NCBI GenBank assembly: GCA_947625635.1
Contig: CANQPA010000003.1
Location: forward strand, 1 to 59,567
Length of the DNA: 59,567 nucleotides
Direction: 5' to 3'
Origin: an uncultured Bacilli bacterium
GTDB lineage: Bacteria > Bacillota_I > Bacilli_A > RF39 > UBA660
Within the stretch, counting starts at the first letter, position 1; each line of letters opens with the position of its first letter. The notes under the pieces are model-generated. The model was given only the letters and a program-made list of their open reading frames with translations. It was not told the DNA's origin and made no database searches. Position numbers and translations under genes: made by a program. This document shows, piece by piece, positions 1 through 8,433 of this stretch.

Positions 1-6
1 TAGATT

Positions 7-27
7 TTGGTAGTTGGTTGGTAGTTG
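7..27. repeat. Direct repeat TTGGTAGTTG x2 with 11-bp period; possible integrase arm-type site
   Basis: TTGGTAGTTG at 7-16 and 18-27. The function is inferred only. Confidence 0.3.
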
Positions 28-78
28 AAAGCATTATTTTATAAAAATCAAAAATTACAAAGCCCCGTAATTTCAAGC

Positions 79-183
79 AAAAAACAAAAATGAGCCAGCT
101 TTCGCTGACTCTTCAGGGGGTTTTGGTTATGTGTCCTTCACATTAAGCTTCGTAAAGAACACTTGGTATGTTTACCATACCAT
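79..183 (-). ncRNA. Putative small RNA 1 (two hairpins, C-rich linker, GAAA-loop terminator)
   Basis: Hairpins at 164-182 and 131-162 (11 bp; G-U pairs only on the minus strand), CCAAAACCCCC linker at 116-126, terminator GAGTCAGC-GAAA-GCTGGCTC at 92-111 plus U-rich tail; promoter directly upstream. Confidence 0.65.
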
Positions 184-187
184 TATA

Positions 188-216
188 AGTATAAAGTATT
201 TTTTAAAAATAGTCAA
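188..216 (-). promoter_or_regulatory. SigA-type promoter of sRNA 1
   Basis: TTGACT(216-211)-N17-TATACT(193-188). Confidence 0.7.
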
Positions 217-220
217 GACA

Positions 221-2203
221 TTAATCTAAATTTATTGAATCATCTAAAAGTTTAACAAGTTTAGGATAATTTTCAATTTTTTTACTTTCTATTAAAGAAA
301 GTGTATCGTCTTTAGCCTTAAGCAATATATTATAATCAGACTTAAAGTCAGCAAGTTTAAAATTCATATCTCCACTTTGTCTAACTCCAAATATATCTCC
401 ACTGCCTCTCATTTTAAAATCTTCTTCACTAATTTTAAATCCATCATTAGTTTTAGTCATAACATCAAGTCTATTAGTTTCTCTATCACTTATAAGTACA
501 CAATAACTTTGAATATCATTTCTACCGACTCTACCTCTTAATTGATGAAGCTGTGAAAGTCCAAACCTATATGCATCAAAAATAACCATCATAGTAGCGT
601 TTTTTACATCTACTCCAACTTCTATTACAGTAGTGCTTATAAGTATAGAAATATCACCATTTTTAAATTCTTCCATCACCTTATCTTTAGCCTTAGAATC
701 CATTTTACCATGCATTACACCTATTTTACATACTTTACCAAATGCACTTGTCATTTTTTCTTCAAGCTTGTTTACATTTTCTAAATCTATTTTATCTGAC
801 TCTTCTATTAAAGGTGCGATTACATATATCTGATGACCCTTTTTAATTTCTTCATACATAAGACTTAACACATCTTTAATCTCACTATTTTTCTTTAAAT
901 ATGTAATAATATCTCTTCTACCACTTGGCATAGTTTTTATACTAGATACATCCATATCTCCATAAATAGTAAGTGCATAAGTTCTTGGAATTGGTGTTGC
1001 ACTCAAGTATAATATATCAGGAGTTATACCTTTATTTTTTAAATTACTTCTTTGATTTACGCCAAAACGGTGTTGCTCGTCTGTGATAACTAATCCAAGA
1101 TTATTGTAAACCACATCCTTACTAAATAAAGCATGCGTTCCAACTATTATATCTATTTCTTTATTTTCTAATCTTTTATATATATCTTTTTTCTCTTTTT
1201 GTTTTAGACTTCCTGAGAGTAATTCTATATTGATATTATAACCATCAAAAATTTTCTTTAAATTAGTAAAATGTTGATAAGCAAGTACTTCTGTTGGTGC
1301 CATAAGAGCTCCTTCGTAACCACTTAAATAGTTTATATATAAAGATATTATAGCAACTATGGTTTTACCACTTCCAACATCTCCTTGAATAAGTCTATTC
1401 ATTCTTGTTTCACTATTAAGGTCATTAAATATCTTATCCACACTTAAAGCTTGATCTTCTGTAAGCTTAAATGGTAAACCTTGAATAAATTTATCTACTA
1501 AAGTTCTATCTACATCTCTTTTAAGCCCTATTTTATTTTTTTTATTTAATCTTAGACTATTCATCCTAAGCATGAACAAAAACAATTCTTCATATTTTAA
1601 ATAAGCTAAGCTTTTTCTTAAATCAAGTTCATTTTTAGGACTATGTATATTAATTACTGCTTCTTTTTTATCAATCAGTTTATATTTTTCTTTTAAATAA
1701 TCAGGCACATATTCTACCACACTAAAATCATTTATATTATTTATAAACATTCTTATTTGATTACTTGTAATACTTCCTATTTGATGATAAACAGGTTCAA
1801 TTATTGGAACGTTAGGTAAAAGCCCAAATCTAATTTCACTAGCAACTATAGTATTTTTCATTTTATCATACTTACCAATTAAAGTAAGTTTAGTTGCTAT
1901 ATCTATTTTATTTTTTAAATAGCCTCTATTAAATATAACTACATTAAGTAAATGAGTTCCTATATTTATTTTAAATGACATCTTATTCATTTTTTTATTA
2001 AAGAAAAATACATTTGGACGAGTCTCTACTAATCCATCTATTATTATTTTATCATCGTCTAAAAGTTTACTTATATCACTTCTTTTTATAACATCATACC
2101 TAAAAGGATAATAACTAATCAAGTCATCAGTAGTCATTATCCCTACACTTTTAAATATTTTTTCTGTTTTAGGTCCTATTCCTTTTAATACTCCAATATC
2201 CAT
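221..2203 (-). CDS. recG: ATP-dependent DNA helicase RecG
   Basis: GDVGSGKT, DEQHRFG, SATPIPRT and QLRGRVGR motifs; 660 aa. Confidence 0.97.
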   Translation of the reverse strand: MDIGVLKGIGPKTEKIFKSVGIMTTDDLISYYPFRYDVIKRSDISKLLDDDKIIIDGLVETRPNVFFFNKKMNKMSFKINIGTHLLNVVIFNRGYLKNKIDIATKLTLIGKYDKMKNTIVASEIRFGLLPNVPIIEPVYHQIGSITSNQIRMFINNINDFSVVEYVPDYLKEKYKLIDKKEAVINIHSPKNELDLRKSLAYLKYEELFLFMLRMNSLRLNKKNKIGLKRDVDRTLVDKFIQGLPFKLTEDQALSVDKIFNDLNSETRMNRLIQGDVGSGKTIVAIISLYINYLSGYEGALMAPTEVLAYQHFTNLKKIFDGYNINIELLSGSLKQKEKKDIYKRLENKEIDIIVGTHALFSKDVVYNNLGLVITDEQHRFGVNQRSNLKNKGITPDILYLSATPIPRTYALTIYGDMDVSSIKTMPSGRRDIITYLKKNSEIKDVLSLMYEEIKKGHQIYVIAPLIEESDKIDLENVNKLEEKMTSAFGKVCKIGVMHGKMDSKAKDKVMEEFKNGDISILISTTVIEVGVDVKNATMMVIFDAYRFGLSQLHQLRGRVGRNDIQSYCVLISDRETNRLDVMTKTNDGFKISEEDFKMRGSGDIFGVRQSGDMNFKLADFKSDYNILLKAKDDTLSLIESKKIENYPKLVKLLDDSINLD

Positions 2204-2210
2204 ATTTCAC

Positions 2211-2729
2211 CTATAATATTTTAGATAAAAGTCCAAAAGATATAATCATCATTATAATAGATGCGATAAATACTCCAGCTAATGCAGCTAAAAATGATTT
2301 TTTCTTATCCATTTCAAGAACACTTGCAATCAAACATCCAGTCCATGCCCCAGTTCCAGGTAGAGGTATTCCAACAAATAATATAAGTCCTAAATATCCA
2401 AACTTTTCTATTTGACCTTTATGTTTATCTACTTTTTTATCTAACCATTTAGCGACTCCTTTAAGTCTTTTACTTTTACTATTCCTCATACGATTTAATA
2501 TTTTATTTATAAGCCATAATATGAAAGGAATTGGAAGTATATTTCCTATCATACAGATTATATAACTAAATACTGGATTCATATTAAATAAAGAGGCAGC
2601 AATGAGTCCCCCTCTTAACTCAAGTATTGGACAAAGAGAGATTACAAACACTATTATTTCTTTCATAAATGGAATTGATGCGAATGTTCCTAAACTTGTA
2701 ACTATTATATTTACTATTTTATCTGCCAT
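2211..2729 (-). CDS. Small multi-drug export / COG2426 membrane protein
   Basis: P.LELRGG and FVGIPLPGTGAWTG motifs; hydrophobic. Confidence 0.85.
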   Translation of the reverse strand: MADKIVNIIVTSLGTFASIPFMKEIIVFVISLCPILELRGGLIAASLFNMNPVFSYIICMIGNILPIPFILWLINKILNRMRNSKSKRLKGVAKWLDKKVDKHKGQIEKFGYLGLILFVGIPLPGTGAWTGCLIASVLEMDKKKSFLAALAGVFIASIIMMIISFGLLSKIL

Positions 2730-2820
2730 TTTATCACCTATTTAATTATATCATGTTTATAATATCTTTTATTAAATTTTTAATTTTTTTTAAAATTTTA
2801 AATATTTTTTAAAAAAATAC

Positions 2821-2849
2821 TTGACAAATAAATCATTTTAGATTAGTAT
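2821..2849 (+). promoter_or_regulatory. SigA-type promoter of sRNA 2
   Basis: TTGACA(2821-2826)-N17-TAGTAT(2844-2849), AT-rich upstream, no plus-strand ORF downstream. Confidence 0.6.
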
Positions 2850-2854
2850 ATACA

Positions 2855-2949
2855 GTACCAATTCGGAATTACGAATTGGTGCTAGTATCACACTAGCCAA
2901 CCCCTTTTTATTCTTTTATAGAAACTGCTCAGGGGGCAGTTTCTTTTTT
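2855..2949 (+). ncRNA. Putative small RNA 2 (two hairpins, CAACCCC linker, terminator)
   Basis: GTACCAATTCG/CGAATTGGTGC hairpin at 2855-2882, GCTAGT/ACTAGC at 2881-2897, CAACCCC at 2898-2904, terminator at 2920-2944 plus T-run; G-U pairs favour the plus strand. Confidence 0.65.
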
Positions 2950-2960
2950 GTATATAAAAA

Positions 2961-4058
2961 CTAGAGTTTTAAATCTATAAACTCTAGTAATATATCATTT
3001 GATACATATATATATTCAGGATTTATAAATATATTATCATCTTCTTCAAGCAATTTTTTACTTTTAAGTAATTTAGATATAACTTCTATATCTTTAATAT
3101 CCATATTATATTTATTTTTAAATTCATTTTTATTTATACCTTTAATTTTTCTAAAACCTAATATAAATTCATCTTCTATTTTCTCTTTTAAATCCAGTTT
3201 ATGTGAATCACTAATATAATCTTTTTTTAAATACTTATTTAATCCTTTAGTATTATCATATCTAATGCTGTTTATATATCCAGATGCGCCTATACCAAAT
3301 CCGTAATATTCTAAATTATTCCAATAAGTTAAATTATGTTTTGATTCATAATTAGGTTTAGAAAAGTTACTAATCTCATAGTGATTATACCCTAAATTTT
3401 CTAATTTAGAACAAATAATCTTGTACATTTCAAAATCCAAATCCTCATCTACATTAGTTTCTTTATTTACAAATAACTTAGTATTAGGCTCTAATATAAG
3501 AGAATATGTAGATATATGAGGTACATTTAACTTTAATAATTTATCTAAATCATTATTTAAATCTTCAAGTGTCTCCCTTTTAAATCCATACATTAAATCT
3601 ATATTAATATTTTTAAAGCCTATATCTTTAGCCATATTAATTTTTTCAAATATCATAGTATCATTATGATTTCTATTTAAGTATTTTAAAAATTTACTGT
3701 TAAAAGTCTCCACACCAACACTGATTCTATTAACCTTATTTTTATATAAAAATTCTAACTTTTCTTTATCGATGCTTTCTATATTGCACTCAAATGTAAA
3801 TTCCAAATTCCCACTAAATTTAAATATACTTATTATTCTAAATAATCTTTTTAAATCATTAATATCAAGCGAACTTGGAGTACCTCCTCCAATATAAATT
3901 GTAGATATTTCATCACCATCATATCTACTTTTTATTTCACACTCTAATTCATTTAAATACTCTTTCACCCATTTATCATTTTTTATATACTTACAAAAAT
4001 CACAATATGAACATATAGAATCGCAAAAAGGTATATGAATATAGATAGATTTTATCAT
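2961..4058 (-). CDS. hemW: Radical SAM heme chaperone HemW (HemN-like)
   Basis: YIHIPFC, CxxxCxxC, GGGTPS, YEISNF. Confidence 0.93.
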   Translation of the reverse strand: MIKSIYIHIPFCDSICSYCDFCKYIKNDKWVKEYLNELECEIKSRYDGDEISTIYIGGGTPSSLDINDLKRLFRIISIFKFSGNLEFTFECNIESIDKEKLEFLYKNKVNRISVGVETFNSKFLKYLNRNHNDTMIFEKINMAKDIGFKNINIDLMYGFKRETLEDLNNDLDKLLKLNVPHISTYSLILEPNTKLFVNKETNVDEDLDFEMYKIICSKLENLGYNHYEISNFSKPNYESKHNLTYWNNLEYYGFGIGASGYINSIRYDNTKGLNKYLKKDYISDSHKLDLKEKIEDEFILGFRKIKGINKNEFKNKYNMDIKDIEVISKLLKSKKLLEEDDNIFINPEYIYVSNDILLEFIDLKL

Positions 4059-4648
4059 TTAGCTTTTCTAGAATTCCTATTTTTTCTAATATATGGTTCA
4101 CAATATTCACCAAGTATAGTCAGTTTTTCTTTTAAAATATTTGATGACAGTAAAAATTCTTTTGAATGCAAAGTTGAATAGTGAATCCCATAATTCTTAC
4201 AGAAAATCTCTCTAGGTATAACATTTTTTATTCTATATTTAGAAATTATTGCAACTTCACCATCTGTAAGGGATACTTTACCTAAATTATTCTTTATGTT
4301 TCTAAAATCACTATCCGTTTTATGCAATTCATCTAATATTTTCTTCTTTTCCTGTGATGTACTACTTTCACTTAATTTATTATATCTCTTTAGATAATTA
4401 ACTGCAGTGAAATACGCAATTTTTGCTGATGTTTGTGGCTCATTAAATGTTTCGTAAAAAAATAAATATTTGAATTTTTCTATATAATCTGGATCATTAT
4501 CAAATATTAATGAAATAGCTTTATAAATATCCATTTTATTTTGTTCAGTCACTTCTTTACCCAAAAGTTTACAAAGATTATCAAGTGATAATCTAAATTC
4601 TAAAGCCATCATTCCTAATAACTTATATAAATTTTTATTTTTCATCAT
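4055..4648 (-). CDS. Hypothetical protein, possibly with HTH-like motifs
   Basis: 197-aa ORF overlapping the lepA stop (TAATG) and hemW start (ATGA); no family recognised. Confidence 0.7.
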   Translation of the reverse strand: MMKNKNLYKLLGMMALEFRLSLDNLCKLLGKEVTEQNKMDIYKAISLIFDNDPDYIEKFKYLFFYETFNEPQTSAKIAYFTAVNYLKRYNKLSESSTSQEKKKILDELHKTDSDFRNIKNNLGKVSLTDGEVAIISKYRIKNVIPREIFCKNYGIHYSTLHSKEFLLSSNILKEKLTILGEYCEPYIRKNRNSRKAK

Positions 4649-6441
4649 TATTCCTCCATACTAAGTACTGCTAGAAATGCTTCTTGTGGCACCTCTACAC
4701 TACCAACCATTTTCATTCTTTTTTTACCTTCTTTTTGCTTTTCAAGCAATTTTCTTTTTCGTGATACGTCCCCACCATAGCACTTAGCAAGCACATTTTT
4801 TCTAACTGCCTTAATGTCACTCCTGGCAATTGCTTTTGTTCCTATTACAGCTTGTATTGGTATTTCAAATTGTTGTCGTGGAATTAATTTTTTTAAATTT
4901 TCAACTATTATTTTACCTCTGTTGTAAGCAAAATCTTTATGCACTATTAAACTTAAAGCATCTACAACCTCACCATTAAGCAATATATCCATTTTAACTA
5001 AATCACTTTTTTTATAACCTATTAATTCATAATCAAATGAAGCATATCCTTTTGTGCAACTTTTAAGTTTATCAAAAAACTCATAAACTATTTCTGATAA
5101 TGGTATTTCGTAATGTATATTAACTCTTGTTTGATCTATATATTCCATAGAAATATAGTTTCCTCTTTTATTTTGGCACAACTCCATAATAGGACCAATA
5201 TATTCACTTGGAACAAATATATTCGTTCTTATATATGGTTCCTTAATTTCTTTAATTTTCTGCCTTTCAGGCATTTTTACTGGACTATCTACATATATTA
5301 TACTTTTGTCTGTCAATTCTACTTCATATACAACGGATGGAGATGTAGCAATCAAGTCTATATTAAATTCCCTTTCAATTCTCTCTTCTATTATTTCCAT
5401 ATGTAATAACCCTAAAAATCCGCATCTAAAACCGAACCCTAAAGCCTCTGATGTTTCGGGCTCAAATTCTAATGAGGCATCATTTAACTTTAACTTTTCT
5501 AATGCTTCTCTAAGAACAGGAAATTTGCTAGACTCTACTGGATATAGACCACAAAACACCATAGGTTTCATAGGCCTATACCCCGGAAGAATTTCTGCTG
5601 GATTATTTTCGAGTGTTATTGTATCTCCTACTTTTACATCCTCTATTTTTTTTATGTTAGCACATAAATACCCTACTTCTCCATTTACAAGTTCTTTCTT
5701 TTCTTTCCTGTGTGGAGTGTTCACTCCAAGTTCAACTACTTCATATACGTTATTAGTGGCAAACATTTTTATTTTATCGCCAACTTTAACCTTGCCGTTT
5801 ACTACTCTAATTAAAGTCACTATACCCTTATAGGGATCATAAAAACTATCAAATATCAAAGCCTGTAATTTATTATTAGAACTACCTTTAGGGGACGGAA
5901 TTCTATCTATTATAGCTTCTACTAACTCTTTAATACCAACACCATTTTTTGCACTACATAAAATTATTTCATCATCGTTAAAACCTAAATTATCTATAAG
6001 TTCTCTTTTTACTTTTTCTATATCCGCATTAGGCAAATCTATTTTATTAATAACAGGAATTATTGTTAAATTATTTTCTAATGCAAGATATAAATTAGCT
6101 AGTGTTTGTGCTTCTACACCTTGAGCTGCATCAACAACAAGAATCGCACCTTCGCAAGCAGCTAAACTTCTGGATACCTCGTATGTAAAATCGACATGTC
6201 CTGGGGTATCTATTAAATTAAGCTTATAAATAACATTTTTATAGTCATAGTGTAATTCAACTGCATTCAATTTTATAGTTATACCTCGTTCACGCTCTAT
6301 TTCCATATTATCTAGCAATTGATCCTGTCTTTCTCGCTCCGTAACTGCACCAGTAATATCTAATATTCTATCCGCTAAAGTACTTTTACCATGATCTATA
6401 TGTGCAATTATGGAAAAATTTCTGATATTTTCCTGTTTCAC
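4648..6441 (-). CDS. lepA: Translation elongation factor 4
   Basis: [37 protein letters not shown]; start moved to the GTG at 6441 after an AGGTGA RBS. Confidence 0.98.
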   Translation of the reverse strand: MKQENIRNFSIIAHIDHGKSTLADRILDITGAVTERERQDQLLDNMEIERERGITIKLNAVELHYDYKNVIYKLNLIDTPGHVDFTYEVSRSLAACEGAILVVDAAQGVEAQTLANLYLALENNLTIIPVINKIDLPNADIEKVKRELIDNLGFNDDEIILCSAKNGVGIKELVEAIIDRIPSPKGSSNNKLQALIFDSFYDPYKGIVTLIRVVNGKVKVGDKIKMFATNNVYEVVELGVNTPHRKEKKELVNGEVGYLCANIKKIEDVKVGDTITLENNPAEILPGYRPMKPMVFCGLYPVESSKFPVLREALEKLKLNDASLEFEPETSEALGFGFRCGFLGLLHMEIIEERIEREFNIDLIATSPSVVYEVELTDKSIIYVDSPVKMPERQKIKEIKEPYIRTNIFVPSEYIGPIMELCQNKRGNYISMEYIDQTRVNIHYEIPLSEIVYEFFDKLKSCTKGYASFDYELIGYKKSDLVKMDILLNGEVVDALSLIVHKDFAYNRGKIIVENLKKLIPRQQFEIPIQAVIGTKAIARSDIKAVRKNVLAKCYGGDVSRKRKLLEKQKEGKKRMKMVGSVEVPQEAFLAVLSMEE

Positions 6442-6511
6442 GAAATCACCTACATTATTATACCATGTAAAATTTATTTTTAACAAAAAAATTAACAAAT
6501 CATATATTTTG

Positions 6512-8287
6512 TTAATTTTTTCTATCCAAAAACCACACTCCACTTACATCACAACTACTACTATAAGGGGCTGGTGAAGGCATCTCCAATTTTATTAATG
6601 ATGGAATTTTGAATCCAGACCCAAATGCTATACAAGTACCAGTTTGTAGTAATTGAATTTTTTTAATAATATCTGCAGTTATATTTGGTACCATTTGTCC
6701 TATATACTCAACATCGGTTGGATGTAGCATCTTAAATATTAGAAAATTACTACACTGTGACAAAGCAGTTGATGAAAGTTCAGATGGTCTTTGCGAAATC
6801 AATCCAAGAAGAACAGCATATTTTCTTCCTTCTTTTGTTATTCTATCAAAAATATTATAACCTATAATACTTACATCAGTATCATTTTGAACATATCTGT
6901 GTGCCTCTTCCAATATTATATGAATTGGAATACTAGCTCTTTTCTTTAGATTTTTTGAGTATTCAAAGAAAATTCTAGAATATATTTTAGTTAACGTTTT
7001 AGCAAATCTATCATCCACATAATTTATGTTAAAATTTATTATTTGGGCCTTTCTACCATTTTCTATTGTTAATATTTCTTTTATAAACTGTTCCTTAGTT
7101 TCATAGTTATCAACATCAAAATACCTAGCATAATCACTATTAATCAAACTTCTTAATCTAACTTTAAGAATATTATATTCATCGAATATTTTATCACTGC
7201 TTAAAACACCTTCAGAAATAAGAGCAAATTCAAACGCATCATATAAATCTTTAAGAGTATATTTAAAACTTCCATCTGGCAAACTCAATTCTACATCATC
7301 AATCAGGAATTGATTTATAAATGTTGTTAAAAGTTCCATCTCTCGTATCTTACCAGTATTATCGATTAATAAGCATTGCTTTAATGGTCTTGTATATCCT
7401 GGTTGATATATAGGAGTATCCAAGTTTAAATCTTTAGTATTATAATGACTTAAAACAGAGAAAATTTGATCTCTAATCTGAGCTGGAGCCTTTCCACTTG
7501 CAAGTATATCTAAAATAGCTCGTGCTATGATATCGTTTTTACTTCTAATAACTAAATTTTCTTCTTTAGCAAATATAGTTACTAATTTCATGGCCTTTTC
7601 TATTATTGGTAATTGACTTTTAGAACTAACTTCTAAAAGAAGTGCTATATCATCCACATTAAGTAGCCATAACGGTATTTTTATATTTGGAATATTATCG
7701 TTATTTACATCAGTCGTGTATGCTTTGAAATTTATTTCAGGCACCTTTTCATTAAGAGTAGAAAATGCAGAATGATATTCACCATACGCGTCAAATATTA
7801 ATATACTCGCTTTATATGGGATAGAGTGTTCTTTTTGAAACAAATTTTGAAAAATGCGCGCTACACTACAAGATTTGCCACTACCAGTTGAACCAAAAAT
7901 TGCAAAATGATTACTAAAGAAATTATTTATACTTACACCAATATCTATACCTTCATAAATAGGGCTTTTACCTATTATGAGATCCCTTTTTTCATCATAA
8001 TTAGTAACTCCTAATATATAGTTTACTTTTTCCTTTGAGATGAGTTTACTCTTAGCTGAAAAAGAAGGTTTTTTTGATACACCAAAGTTAAAATTATCAT
8101 TATTGAATTCTCCTAATAAATTTATACTTGCTATATTATTTTTTATATCAATTATTTCTCCAATAAATTTTCTATGGCTATCTTCAAATAGAACATATAA
8201 ATTTATTATATTTTGCATTTCCTCCAATTTAACATTTAGTTCTAATAATACCGTATTATTTTCAATTCCAATTATTTTACCTAACAT
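6512..8287 (-). CDS. HerA/DUF87-family ATPase
   Basis: [34 protein letters not shown]; start moved to the ATG at 8287. Confidence 0.85.
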   Translation of the reverse strand: MLGKIIGIENNTVLLELNVKLEEMQNIINLYVLFEDSHRKFIGEIIDIKNNIASINLLGEFNNDNFNFGVSKKPSFSAKSKLISKEKVNYILGVTNYDEKRDLIIGKSPIYEGIDIGVSINNFFSNHFAIFGSTGSGKSCSVARIFQNLFQKEHSIPYKASILIFDAYGEYHSAFSTLNEKVPEINFKAYTTDVNNDNIPNIKIPLWLLNVDDIALLLEVSSKSQLPIIEKAMKLVTIFAKEENLVIRSKNDIIARAILDILASGKAPAQIRDQIFSVLSHYNTKDLNLDTPIYQPGYTRPLKQCLLIDNTGKIREMELLTTFINQFLIDDVELSLPDGSFKYTLKDLYDAFEFALISEGVLSSDKIFDEYNILKVRLRSLINSDYARYFDVDNYETKEQFIKEILTIENGRKAQIINFNINYVDDRFAKTLTKIYSRIFFEYSKNLKKRASIPIHIILEEAHRYVQNDTDVSIIGYNIFDRITKEGRKYAVLLGLISQRPSELSSTALSQCSNFLIFKMLHPTDVEYIGQMVPNITADIIKKIQLLQTGTCIAFGSGFKIPSLIKLEMPSPAPYSSSCDVSGVWFLDRKN

Positions 8288-8433
8288 ACCATCACCTACT
8301 TTATGTATATTATACATTAAAATAGCATAAAAAAAAAGTATTTTATCTAATTTTAACTTTATTATACTTTTTTTATAGATTAAATATTATAAACTTAATT
8401 TAAATTTTTTATTTCATAATGTATAAATTTATA

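Noticed and set aside
6442-6543. N-terminal extensions in the ORF track (lepA, also rpmB, nusA, U32, smpB and others)
   Set aside because: Downstream starts have proper GGTGA/GGAGG RBSs and match normal protein lengths.
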